NCBI GenBank assembly: GCA_038087875.1
Contig: CM075977.1
Location: 58,962,001 to 59,026,000, forward strand
Direction: 5' to 3'
DNA from: Malacoraja senta
Lineage: Eukaryota
Length of the DNA: 64,000 nucleotides
The position numbers and the translations under genes were made by a program. Under the pieces are notes generated by a model. That model was not told the origin of the DNA, ran no database searches, and saw only the letters and a program-made list of their open reading frames with translations. This document shows positions 37,065 through 48,570 of this stretch, piece after piece. Positions within the stretch are counted from its first letter, which is position 1; every line of letters starts with the position of its first letter.

Positions 37065-38462
37065 CCATGGACGTGCTCACTGCAGCTTGGAGGGATAGCA
37101 CCATAAAGCAGTACATTTCCTCATCAGGAGATGGGAAGTGTTTTGTTTAAATACTAATATAACATATAATACGGCACGGATAACTGACGTCTTGGAGTTC
37201 ATTTTCAAATGGTTCTTTGACAAAAAAAATTAAGTTCTAGTGCCATTAACTGTGCCAAAAGTGCCTTCTCATCATATTTGCTGCTGGGATCGGGACCCAC
37301 TCTGTCGGGTCTCACCCTCTGATATCCAGATTTATGTAGGATATCTTTAACTCATGTCCTCCTAGGCCCAGGTACACGGAAGTATGGGATATTAACATTG
37401 TATTAACACTGCTTTGCCGGTGGGCTCCAGCTACGTCCTTATCTTTGGCCCGGCTCTCATATAAGGTAGTTATGCTCATGATGCTGGTTCAGCGCAACGC
37501 GTCCAGTCGTTGCATAAGCTACGGCTGAACAGAATGGTTATATCTACCAACAAAATAACGTTCTATGTAAATGAGTTATTAAACTAAGCAGACCGGGGGC
37601 GTTGGGTCTAAAGCTGGAATTTCTGGCATATCCTATGGACCATAGATTGTGTGTTGTAACAAATATTCATCAATTAAAAAAAAAAAATTTGAATAATATT
37701 TTTATTGGAGGCAAATACATATTATATTGAAAACATTTCATGTATTTCATTTCTACATTACTAATATTATCAAACGTTATTTGTGTTGTCTCCAATCGTT
37801 TTTTTGTTTTTTTTATATAGATAGAAAATAAGAAAGTAGCAGAATGAAAGAAAAGAAAAAAAAGACATAGAAAAAAAAAGAGATAATAAAGAAGAATGGA
37901 ATAACTTACTAAAAACACATCATTAGAGATATATTCGTACATTTCACAGTATAACTTTTCATCTAATCCTTGGCTCGAGTTTTAATCAGGTTCTCGTGTC
38001 GAACCAGTCTGACCCTTCAGATAATCAATAAATGGAGACCATGTTCTGATAAATAATTCTTGTTTGACCATTAGGACAAGTCTAATTCTTTCCAAATGTA
38101 AGGTCTCCGACATTTCGAAGATCCACATTTTAATTGTGGGGGTATATTCATCAATATTTTAAGGCTACAAAGAACCTTAGAGGCACTGAGCTGGCAATGT
38201 TCGTTAGCCACAAAAAAACACACAAGAGGGTTTCAGTGCAGACCATCTCCAGATGGTGTAGATACTGTATGTATTGGCTTGTGCAGGAGTGAACACTGAT
38301 GTGTTTAAATCTCACTCCACCAGGGCTGCGATAACATCAGCAGCAAGGTTCATGGAGTTTCCGCTGGACCGCATCCTAGCGACAGCAGGATGGTCGAATG
38401 AGCGGACTTTCCAAACCTTTTATAATAAACCAATTACCAGGCCGGGTTTGTTTGCCAACTAA
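37065..38462 (+). pseudogene. DIRS tyrosine recombinase remnant, split by a LINE insertion
   Basis: SAINCAKSA, AQRVQSLH, LCVV, QTISRW, FKSHSTRAA and ILATAGWSNERTFQTFY. Confidence 0.9.
37675..38143 (-). mobile_element. 5'-truncated L1-clade LINE 3' end
   Basis: Minus strand reads PTIKMWIFEMSETLHLERIR...FIRTWSPFIDYL. T-rich 3' UTR with AATAAA. 12-bp TSD ATATTCATCAAT (37663-37674 / 38144-38155). Confidence 0.8.
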
Positions 38463-39322
38463 ATTTTAAGTTCTATTCAATAATTTGCTTATTATTTGCT
38501 TATTAATAGCATCAGCATGTTTTAAATCTATGTCATGTCTGAATGCATTATCTTTTCAATCATTTCTGGTCAACTAATGCAGTGTGTTGCATGGACTCGT
38601 GTTCGCGGCATGAATCACAGAGCTTTGAAATCTTCATGTAGTCACTCACGTGACTCCGAAGTAAAATAGGAAGATTAAACAAGAACTTACCAGTTTGAAG
38701 TTTGATCTGTATTTTATGAGGAGTTACAATGAGGGATTGCGTGCCCTCCGTTCCCAACCCTCTTCTCATAAAGGTCATGTGGTAGTTCTAGTTTCTCGAA
38801 TCTTCCTATAATCAGTTCAGCAATTGTTTCTGTGATTTCACACTGCTGCTTTGAAGGTTGACGCGCATGCGGGCTGGCGGGCTTCTTCACGTAATCCCTC
38901 ATCGTAACTCCTCATAAAATAAAGATCAAACTTCAAACTGGTAAGTTCTCGTTTAATCTTCCTAGTTTAGTTTAGAGATAATTTCAGTATTTTTTTTTGT
39001 TCTGTCCTCTTTCTAACTCTTCTTACAATGTTCCATTTTGCATTACTTCACTCATTTTCCAATTTGTACAAAATTCCATGGGGATTACCTTCCAGTGCAC
39101 ACCATTTTCAGCAAGAAATTCTGTATACAAAAATTCTGATATATGGACAAGATCTTTTTAAGTTCCACAGTGCCAGTCACATAATTCCCTCTAGACCTGA
39201 GAGAGTATTACAAATTTAAAAAGCAAAAAATCTGACATAAAAACAGAAAACACTGGGAAAACTCAGCAGGGCTGGCAGCATCTTTGGAGAGTGAAACAGT
39301 TTCATTTGTGGAGAGGGGAGCT

Positions 39323-39990
39323 ACCCTGGTGAGAGCCTCATCTATAGTCGAAGAGGGGAACCCCCATTCCCTAAAGAATGAGGACATCTCCGATGCCCTG
39401 GTTTGGAACACCTAACTTGTCCCGAAGCTCTGCTCTCAATCCCCATCCCCCACTCATAACAAGGACAGAGTCCCCCTTGTCCTCACCTTCCACCCCACCA
39501 GCTGTCACATACAACAGATTATCCTCCAACATGTTCGCTGCCTCCAACGGGATCCCATCACTGGCCACAGCTTCCCATTTCCTCCCCTTTCGGCTTTCCG
39601 CAGAGATTGCTCCCTCCACAACTCCTTGGTCAATTCATCCCTTCCCACCCAAACCAACCCTTCTCCTGGTACTTTCCCTTGCAAACGCAGGAAATGCTAC
39701 ACTTGTCGTTTTACCTCCCTCCTTGACTCCATCCAAGGATCTAAGCAGACTTATCTAGGAGAGGCAGAGGTTCACCAGCACCTCCTCCAACCTCATCTAT
39801 TGCATTCGCTGCTCTAGGTGTCAGCTGCTATACGTCGGTGAAATCAAGGGTAGGCTTGGCGATCGCTATGCCCAACTTCTTCCCGCTCCACATCAGTCTG
39901 AAGAAGGGTCTCAACCCAAAATGTCACCTATTCCTTCACTCCATAGATGCTGCCTCACCTGCTGAGTTTCTCCACCATTTTTGTCTTCCA
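39323..39990 (+). mobile_element. Penelope 3' fragment with 5' inversion
   Basis: 39323-39412 is the inverted upstream segment. 39418-39990 is direct and contains the GIY-YIG start and pLTR end. Confidence 0.85.
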
Positions 39991-40059
39991 GCACAGGAAC
40001 AGGCTCTTTAGCGCACAATGTTGATGCTGAACATGATTCGATTTTAAACTATTTCCCTT

Positions 40060-40432
40060 GCAATAGACAATAGACAATAGACAATAGGTGCAAGAGTAGG
40101 CCATTTGGCCCTTCGAACCAGCACCGCCATTCAATGTGATCATGGCTGATCATCCCCAATCAGTACCCCGTTCCTGCCTTCTCCCCATATCCCGACTCCG
40201 CTATTTTTAAGAGCCCTATCTAGCTCTCTCTTGAAAGCATCCAGAGATCCTGCCTCCTCCACCCTCTGAGGTAGATAATTCCACAGACTCACCACTCTCT
40301 GTGAGAAAAAGTGTTTCCTCGTCTCCGTTCTAAATGGCTTACTCCTTATTCTTAAACTGTGGCCCCTGGTTCTGGACTCCCCCAACATCGGGAACATGTT
40401 TCCTGCCTCTAGCGTGTCCAAGCCCTTTACAA
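40060..40432 (-). mobile_element. CR1 3' end
   Basis: RTRGHSLRIR..FFSQRVVSLWN..FKRELD and a (CTATTGT)n tail. Confidence 0.9.
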
Positions 40433-40664
40433 TCTGCCTGCATATGATCCATAACTCTTAATGTTCTGCATATCCATGTGCCTATCGAAAAGCCTCTTAA
40501 ATGCCACTATCAAATCTGCCTCCACCGTCATCCACTGGCAGCGAATTCCAGGCACCCACTACTCTCCGTGTAAAAAACTTGCCATGCACACAGTGCCGGA
40601 TTTAGATGAAGAGAGGCCTTAGACTATTCCACTTGTGAGGCCCCTCCCAATCCCACACCCCCAC

Positions 40665-41535
40665 GTTGAAGTTAACGTTTGCCCTCGTTTTCTTGTTAAG
40701 TAGGTCAACATGGCATTCCTGTGCTTCTCTGAGTTTTCATGAGTTTGGATAAGACAGGGGTTTTGCCAATCATCAAACCCTTCTGAAGCTAAAGATGTAT
40801 CAGAAGATGCAATGTTTTGGAAAGAGTTTACAAACAAAACAATATATCCATCCTTTTGAGGGAGAATGCACAAGCCACTCTCGGCTATATGTTTCTCCAT
40901 TGACTTTTGTTGAATAAAAAAGAGCTTTTGTGCAAAACCTAGACTGCTTTTTATACACTCGCTTGGAATTTGAAAATGGTCCACAACGATGCTGAACTTG
41001 AGAGGGGCCCCTTTCTACCCAATAGGATACGTCCTCATGTGACAATTCTGTCCACAAACCAATGTCTGTTACAGTAGATCTATGTTTGGCATCATCTAAA
41101 TCTGAGTCTGGAATACCTTGGACTTGGCCTACCTTACCAGGTGTGAGCTGAAAATTCTGACTATCCACATTATTTTCTTGTCGCTCTTTAGCCTCTCCCT
41201 GTCCATTAAGTGACTCCTGAATTAGTTCTATATTTTCATTTTGAGCCGGTATCATGGCTGTTTTCTCATATTCAGCTTGCTGTTCCACGTCCTGCTTCGC
41301 TGTTTCTGTTTCAGGGAGGTTTTCTTCTGGTTGAATGCTAGTAGTTGGCTGGATAGCTCCACCACACTAATTTCCTTGTGTTAGTATCAATGTATCTGCT
41401 TCACCGCTGGCACTTGTTGCTTCTGTCAGTGGCTGATCCAAGAAAGCAGTGGTTGGTCTTAACTTCTTTACCATATCATTTTCAAGTCTCTTTCTCTTGC
41501 GCTTGCTAGCACCACTTTCAAATCTTTTACTCATA
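40665..41535 (-). pseudogene. hAT transposase N-terminus with TTF-type zinc finger
   Basis: MSKRFESGASKRKR start, WVERGP and REWLVHSPSKGWIYCFVCKLF, then a frameshift to GFDDW..HENSEKH. No catalytic domain. Confidence 0.85.
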
Positions 41536-42036
41536 TTCAGATTAGAATCTGAAAATAAAAAGTAAAATTAATCTTCAACAGTTCTTAGAAAGGAAAACAT
41601 GAAGGGGCGTTCTCACAAAATGGGGTCCACTTGAGTGAAGAAAAAAAAATTCTGTATAATAGTTGGGAAATATTTCTTAAAGAATTGTTCCTTATTGACA
41701 TTTATATAGCAAAATCTGAATAAAATCTGAATCAAATCTGTTTCCAAAAACCGTTTACAAAACGAGTATGCTTTTTAAATGTTAAAACAAATAGTAAATA
41801 CACAACAAAATATTCATTTTTAATCAGTTAAACCTAATCAATTAAATTCATCTAAATTCAATTACTAGATCTAAACATCTATCCATTTCTTAAGAAAAGG
41901 CTAGCATATTTTAAATAGTCAAAGTATCCAAATAACAAATAACAAACTGATCCCATTCACACATGAATTCACAATATAACATGATTTTTAAATCTCACTT
42001 TGTCATCAATTTATATGCCAAATGGAAGGAATTTAA

Positions 42037-42115
42037 GACAAGACAAGAGACAAGAGAGACAAGAGATATTTATTGTCACATGTACCAATTGGTACAGTGA
42101 AATTTGGGGTCACCC
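42037..42115 (-). mobile_element. Very short retroposon 3' tail
   Basis: 8-bp TSD GAATTTAA (42029-42036 / 42116-42123). Tail similar to the one at 5350. Confidence 0.7.
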
Positions 42116-42436
42116 GAATTTAATGTTTAATTCCCATAAATTAATCCAGAAACATCCACTCTCAAGATAATTAAATCATTATTTTTTGCACAATACATCT
42201 GACTAAAACTGAAGTGGATATTTAGTATGAAAATATTGATCATGGATAGACAATAACACAAAATATAGATGATTTAGATGTCCTTATGACATGATTGTGC
42301 AAAGAAATAATGAATTTGATTATCTTGAGAGTGGATGTTTCTGGATTGTTATCAATTGGAATATGGCCGCTGCCATGATTTAAGCCCCGTTATCGGCAGG
42401 GAAGACAAGGCCGATTTGTATCGAGGCCTAAATAAC

Positions 42437-43238
42437 AAAGGACAAAGGACAAAGGACATTTATTGTCACATACACCAATTGGTTTCGTGAAATTTGAGTT
42501 GCAATTGCAGCACACAAATAAAATAAACACAACATTAAATATAAAAAACATCCCCCCACAGCGGGATCAACGTTCCCACTGTGAGGGAAGTCACCAAAGT
42601 TCAGTCCGCTTCCTCCATGTTCACCCGTGGTTGGGGCCTATTGAAGCCTCCGCAGTCGCGCCACGGCGGCCCGATGTTTCAGGCCCGCTTGCCGGATGAT
42701 GGAACTCTGGCGTCGGAAGAACGCTCTCAGTGGCTTGGAGTTACGAAACGGCCACTTGCTACCACTCCAGAAGTCCACAGGCTGCGCTGGACGGAGCTCC
42801 AACACTGGCGATCTTGGCGAGAGATCCCAGGCTCCACGGTGTTTAAAGTCAGCGCCGCTGCGGCTGGAAGGTCCGCAACCACAGCTCCACAATGTTAAAG
42901 TCGGCACCACACAGCAACCCGGGTAAGGCATCGCCCCACTTCACAATGATACCTCAGTGCTGAAGCTGCAGCTCAAAGCTCTGGCCGGTCCCGGCAGGAA
43001 GGGCCGCACCAATCCGAATGGTAGGCCGCGAGGAGGGAGCGAAGATGCGGCTCGGAGGAAGGACGCATCCTCGCCCAGGTAGGGACTGGGAAAAACGGTT
43101 TCCCCCTTCCCCCCCCCCCCCCACTCCCCACATAAAAAGACTAAAAAGACTCCAAGGCCTCCAGAATAAAACTTTTTAATAAACTTTTAAAAGGATGAAG
43201 AACGAACAGCTGCAGGCAAGTCTGCCACCACCACTCGA
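42437..43238 (-). mobile_element. Second copy of the GC-rich non-autonomous retroposon
   Basis: Homologous to 5350-6170. The empty site is visible in the paralogous sequence at ~32305-32315. Confidence 0.75.
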
Positions 43239-44172
43239 CATTTTCCACATCAGCAGATTAAAATGAAGCCACAACAAAAAGCAAGAAAATATCTTAAATA
43301 AACGACATACCTTTTGTTTTGTCCTGCACTTGCGATCCAGATGTTGAAGGCGTTGAAGGCGTTTTTAGTCGTGCTTAACCAATCCAGCAGAAACGGGAGC
43401 GCAATCATAGAACGGATTCATCAGGTAGTATCTTTGAGTAGCAGTCCGAGCAAATTCCTCTCCGACAACGAATACAAACCTCACCTGCATTTTAATCCCA
43501 CCCCCCCCCCCCACCAAAGCCTCCGGAATCGCAAGCACAGCGCCACTGATGGTAGGTTTTGTAACAACGCCATTATGTCAAAAATATTATACACCTTGGC
43601 GGAGCGAGGCCGAGGCCCCCTAGATCTCGAGTCCCTAGGCTTCAGCCTATGAAGCCTATACGTAAATCCGGCTCTGCATGCACATCTTAAAATTTTGCTC
43701 CTTTCACCATAAAGCTATGCGCTCTAAGTCTTTGACTGCCTGTGCTATCCATGGTGCACATAATTTTATATGCTTCTTTTCAGTCTTTCCTTAGCCTCCA
43801 CGCCTCCTCTGTGCAACCTCTCCTTATCGTTAATACCCTCTAATCCAGGTAGTAATGTGGAAAAAGTGAAGGGGTCTGAATACTTTCTGAATGTACTGTG
43901 TCATCCTGCCTCCATCAATCTTTCTTGTCACCTCTTCAACAAACTCAATCAAAGTTGTGTGCACTGAGAGTTCAAGATAATTAGTTTCTGGGATAATTTT
44001 GGCCTATTTGTTACTTATGAATTACGAAAACAAGCAAATCATTAATTCTTCAATTTTCTAATACAAATTGAAATCTTATTCCAATTTGAATTTCATCTGA
44101 AGCATGTTTGTTGCAATGCCTTTATAAGTGTATTGAGACACATGTTTAAAGAGGCAACCATTTATTTACTGT

Positions 44173-46167
44173 AGAGAACCCCGACTGGGTAATCAAACCT
44201 GCTGACAAGGGAGGCGCCATGGTAGTCTGGCGCACTGACCTCTAACCAGGCCAGGTGTCAACTCTCAGACATCACCTCTTACTTATCTTTGGACCATGAC
44301 CCCACAGACAAGCACCAGGCCTTAATCTCAAGCACCTTCACTGACTTCATTACTTCAGGCTCCTTGCCCTCTAAAGCCTCCAACCTCATCGTTCCCCAGC
44401 CCGCACAGCCCAATTTTATCTTCTCCCCAAAATCCACAAACATAACTGACCTGGCAGACACATTGTTTCTGCTTGTTCATGTCCCACCGAACTAATTTCC
44501 ACATGCTTTGACTCCATCCTATGCCCCCTGGTCCAATCCCTCCCCACCTTTCCAAGACACCTCACACGCTCTTCGTCTCCTTAATGACTTCCGTTTTACA
44601 GGCCCCCACTCCCTCATGTTCACTATGGATGTCCAGTCACTCTACACCTCCATCCCCCACCAGGATGGTCTTAAAGCCCTCCGTTTCTTCCTCGACCGCA
44701 GAACTAGCCAATTTCCATCTACTAATACTCTCCTCTGCCTAGCAGAGATGGACCTTACCGTCAACAACTCCTTTGACTCCTCCCATTTCCTCCAAATCCA
44801 AGGCATAGTTATGGGCACATGCATGGGCCCCAGCTATGCCTGCTTCTTTGTAGGGTACTTCGAACAATCCCTGTTCTAGGCGTACCAGAGCCCTATCCGC
44901 AAACTCTACCTCCGCTACGTTGATGACTGCATTGGTGCTACCTCTTGCACCCTTGCAGAACTCACTGACTTCATCCACTTCACCACTAATTTCCATCCGG
45001 CACTCAAATTCACCTGGACCATTTCCAACATCTCCCAACCGTTTCTAGATTTCACCATCTCCATCACAGGCAACAGACTACTGACCGACATCTACTACAA
45101 ATCCACTGACTCCCATAGCAATCTTGACTACACTTCTTCCCACCCTGCTTCCTGTAAAGACTCTATCCCCTACTCCAAATTCCTCCGTCTATGCCACATC
45201 TGCACCCAGGATGAGGTGTTCCATACTAGGGCATTGGAGATGCCCCTCTTCCATTATAGATGAGGCTCTCACCAGGGTCTCCTCGATATCCCGCAGCTCA
45301 GCTCTTACTCCCCCCTCCCCCTATTTGTAACAAGAGTCCCCCTTGTCCTCACCTTCCACCCCATCAGCCGTCGCATACAACATATAATCCTCTGACATTT
45401 TCGCCACCTCCAACAGGATCACATCTGCCCACATCTTCCCCTCTCCTTTCTGCTTTCCGCAGAGACCGTTCCCTCCGTAACTCCCTGGTCAATTTGTCCC
45501 TTCCCACCCAAACCACCCTTTCCTGGGTACTTTCCCCTGCAACCGCAGGAAATGTAACACCTTTCCTTTTACCTCCCCCCTCGACTTCATCCAAGGACCA
45601 AATGAGTCTTTCCAGGTGAGGCAGATGTTCACCTGCACCTCCTCCAACCTCATCTACTGCATCCGCTGTTCCAGTGTCAACTTCTCTACTTCGGCGAGAC
45701 CAAGCGCAGGCTTGGCGATCGCTTCGCTCAACACCTCCGCTCAGTCCGTCTTAACCAACCTGAGTGCCCGGTTGCTCAACACTTCAACTCCCCCTCCCAT
45801 TCCCACTCTGACCTTTCTGTCCTGGGCCTCCTCCATTGCCAGAGTGAGGCCTAGCGCAAATTGGAGGAACAGCACCTCATATTTCGCTTGGGTAGTTTAC
45901 ACCCCAGAGGTATGAAAATTGACTTCTCTAATTTTAGATAGCCCTTGCTTTCTCCCTCTTTCCCTCCCCTTCCCAGTTCTCTTACAAGTCTTACTCTCTC
46001 CGCCTACTTCCTTTCTTTTTCCCGCCCCACCAACATCAGTCTGAAGAAGGGTCTCGACCCGAAATGTCACCTATTCCTTCTCTCCATAGATGCTGCCTCA
46101 CCGTTGAGTTTCTCCACCATTTTTTGTCTACCTTTGATTTTTCCAGCATCTGTAGTTCTTTCTTAAA
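44173..46167 (+). mobile_element. Penelope-like element (RT + GIY-YIG), 5'-truncated
   Basis: IKPADKGGA.VV, FTMDVQSLYTSIP, GIVMGTCMGPSYA, YLRYVDD, GIY-YIG region and pLTR end. 14-bp TSD CATTTATTT(A/G)CTGT at 44159-44172 / 49760-49773. Confidence 0.95.
46037..46075 (+). ncRNA. Minimal hammerhead ribozyme core in a Penelope terminus (degenerate)
   Basis: CTGAAGA-A-GGGTC-TC-GACCC-GAAA-T-GTC. Helix I is weak. Similar cores at 24024-24051, 39898-39925 and on both strands at 15395-15455. Confidence 0.55.
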
Positions 46168-46699
46168 CATTTCATGGCCTTCCGAAGGGGGGGAAGGGGG
46201 GGGGGAGGGGGGGGGTGCGATGGGTGCGGTCACACCCCCCTTTTTTTCCAAAGTAAAAAAAAAATCAAGATTAAAATAAAATTGGTGCGCAATATTTTTT
46301 TATTGTACACCAGGACAGAGGGAGCCTTGCCTTTGGGCTCCTTGGCCCTCTTGCAGCCGTATAGCCACTGGATGACCCTGGCATTGCGCTCGATGACTGA
46401 GAGGCCAGAGGGCAGTGGCTTGTTCTTCCCCCGGAGCGGCTCGTTGCCGCTAGCGCTGCTGCTGTGCCGGGACGGCACTGCGAAACTTGAGGGCATGGCT
46501 TTCGAAGGCGGCGTCGGCGGCAAACTTCTCCCTGGCCAGGTTCTCAATCACCTCGGGCTCGAGTCCGCAGTGCTCGAAGAAACTGTCCAAGTCGGAGCAG
46601 GCTTGGGAGAAGCGGCAGCTGAGGTTGGAGTGCGAGCGTCACAATCTGCATTCAGCAACCAGCCGCTTGAGTGGCTCCTTGGGGCGACCTGCTGCTGCT

Positions 46700-46945
46700 T
46701 CTCAGGGCGCTGCTGGTGTGGTTACTTGTGCACCCTGGGATACTGCTGGTGTGGAGACTGGTGCTTCCTGGGGCGCCGCTGGAGAGGTTACTTGTGCACC
46801 CTTGGGTGCTGCTGGTGTAGTTACTTGTGCACCCTGGGGTGTTGCTAGCGAGGCTGCTGTTTCCCCCTGGAGTGCTGCTGGTGTGGTTACTTGTGAGCCC
46901 TGGAGTGCTGCTGGTGTGGTTACTTGTGTACCCTGGGGTGCTGCA
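46700..46945. repeat. 33-bp minisatellite (about 7 copies), in frame within the FAM110C copy
   Basis: CCCTGGGGTGCTGCTGGTGTGGTTACTTGTGCA units encoding QGAQVTTPAAP on the minus strand. Confidence 0.9.
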
Positions 46946-47220
46946 GCCTCTGTACCCTCTTCTAAATCTCCCCCTTCCGACGTTGCTGCTCCCGTTGCCG
47001 GCCCCTGCTGTGTGTTGCCCTGGAGCTGGGCAGCAGCCGCCGGACCAGGCTGCCTCTGCCTTTGAAACTGTGGGCCGCCGCTCCTCGCACGAACTCGCAC
47101 TTCTGCCGGTACATGACTAGCGAGTCGGGCCTGAGCTGCCTCTTGGAGCTGGAGCGATGCACGATGTTAGGCGGGAGCCCCAGCTGCCCACTCTGCTGGG
47201 GGCTGCCGGAAGCCAAGTTA

Positions 47221-47866
47221 TACCCCTGTCCCACTTAGGAAACCTGAACGGAAATCTCTGGAGACTTTGCGCCCCACCCAAGGTTTCCGTGCGGTTCCCG
47301 GAGGTTCCCGGAGGTTCCCGGAGGTTCCCGGAGGTTCCCGGAGGTTCCCGGAGGTTTTTGTCAGTCACCCTAATGGTCGAAAGTGGTTTCCGCTTCTTCT
47401 ATGTTCCGGCGATTATTTCAAAAAATTCTAAACCGGCCGCGACTAAAAATAGGTTGCCGTTTAAAAAATTGATAATTTTTTAGTCGATGCCGGTTGCGAT
47501 GCTAGTTGAAGGTGGTTGCCGGAGGTTGCAGGTAGTGGAAGGTAAGACCTTTTTTTCACCCAGTTTTATTCCACCAAGGAGGTCTTACCTTCCACTACCT
47601 GCAACCTCCGGCAACCACCTTCAACTAGCATCGCAACCGGCTTAGACGAAATAATTACCGATTTTTAAAACGGCAACCTATTTTTAGTCGCGGCCGGTTT
47701 AGAATTTTTTTAAATAATCGCTGGAAAATAGAAGAAGCGGAAACCACTTTCGACCATTAGGGGGACTGACAAAAACCTCCGGGAACCTCCGGGAACCGCA
47801 CGGAAACCTTGGGTGGGGCGCAAAGTCTCCAGAGGTTTCCGTTCAGGTTTCCTGTGGGACAGGGGC
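47221..47866. mobile_element. Fold-back PIF/Harbinger-type MITE
   Basis: TIR T(A/G)CCCCTGTCCCAC, flanks TTA / TAA. Arms are inverted almost to the centre (~47560). Internal (GGAGGTTCCC)n. Confidence 0.9.
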
Positions 47867-48169
47867 ATAAGTCTTTGTGTTGCTGCTGGCCCCGCTGCCA
47901 CTGCTGCTGCCTTCCTCGGAGGCAGAGCTGCCCAAACCATTGGGCTCCACTTTGCACCCCCTCGCCGTCTGGCTCTTCACGTTCTTGGCCTTGTCAGCAG
48001 CCAGTCTCTCCACGGCGCTCTGCCGACCCCGCCTGTCCCCCTCCATTTAACTGCGGAGGTAGCCGGGACCTTTGGTCAGGGGCCTGAGCGGCAGGGAGAC
48101 GCTCGCCTCGGGCGGCATGCTTGCAGTGGGCGCGATCTTGCTCGGCATCTTACTTTGATCCAGCCAACG

Positions 48170-48345
48170 AGGACAAACACGTTTTCACATCCGCGAAGCA
48201 CAAAGACCAGGACTTCCATGAGCAATGACATATTATCTGCAATCGCCTTAATCCACATTCACCATGACTTTGCCCATGACTTGGACAAAGTCGTGACTAG
48301 GTTTGCGCAGTTACATTCTTGGAAAATGGAACTGGAAAACATAAT
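48170..48345 (+). pseudogene. hAT transposase C-terminal dimerisation domain remnant
   Basis: KTRTSMSNDILSAIALIHIHHDFAHDLDKVVTRFA resembles the RSTM..DRL..LAL..IH motif. Confidence 0.75.
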
Positions 48346-48354
48346 TTATGGCAA

Positions 48355-48570
48355 AATGGCAATATATGCTGGTCTGCCATGAGTGTTGTCAAAGTCTGTG
48401 AGAGGAACCCTGAACTGTCTGCTAATCCCCTCACACTTTGGGAGCCCAAACAGGGCACTGCAAGAAGAGGTAGAAGTAGGGCCACCTACATGAGTGTACT
48501 GCGGAACGACACATGGTTTGACAGCATTGACAAACTGAGCACTGCCATGCTAGATAAACTGGTCTCAGGT
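48355..48570 (+). mobile_element. RTE-like LINE C-terminal fragment inside the hAT element
   Basis: LTLWEPKQGTARRGRSRATY..VLRNDT..L.TAMLD. Confidence 0.55.

Larger units (their letters stand above)
34164..38964 (+). mobile_element. DIRS retrotransposon with both termini and ICR, internally deleted and decayed
   Basis: ITRs at ~34192-34228 and ~38859-38894. The ICR (38632-38743) is complementary to the left end and then the right end. Gag-like region, RT remnant, RNase H, methyltransferase and YR occur in DIRS order. Confidence 0.95.
40591..43676 (-). mobile_element. hAT DNA transposon, internally deleted, with nested insertions
   Basis: TIRs CAGTGCCGGATTTA / TAAATCCGGCTCTG. 8-bp TSD CATGCACA (40583-40590 / 43677-43684). 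ZMYM1/TTF-type transposase N-terminus. Confidence 0.95.
46305..48148 (-). pseudogene. FAM110C: FAM110C-like coding sequence, pseudogenised and split by a MITE
   Basis: LRPLTKGPGYLRS, SAVERLAADKAKNVKSQ, LRPDSLVMYRQKCEFVRG, SLVRRLL, RSHSNLSCRFSQACSDLDSFFEHCGLEPEVIENL and SVIERNARVIQWLYGCKRAKE. Stops at 48047-48049, 46702-46704 and ~46640, plus two frameshifts. Confidence 0.9.

Noticed and set aside
46174-47065. Plus-strand 224-aa and 192-aa ORFs
   Set aside because: Antisense shadows of the GC-rich FAM110C copy and its minisatellite.
46305-48148. Functional FAM110C gene
   Set aside because: At least three stops, two frameshifts and a MITE insertion, and it is bounded by transposon sequence.
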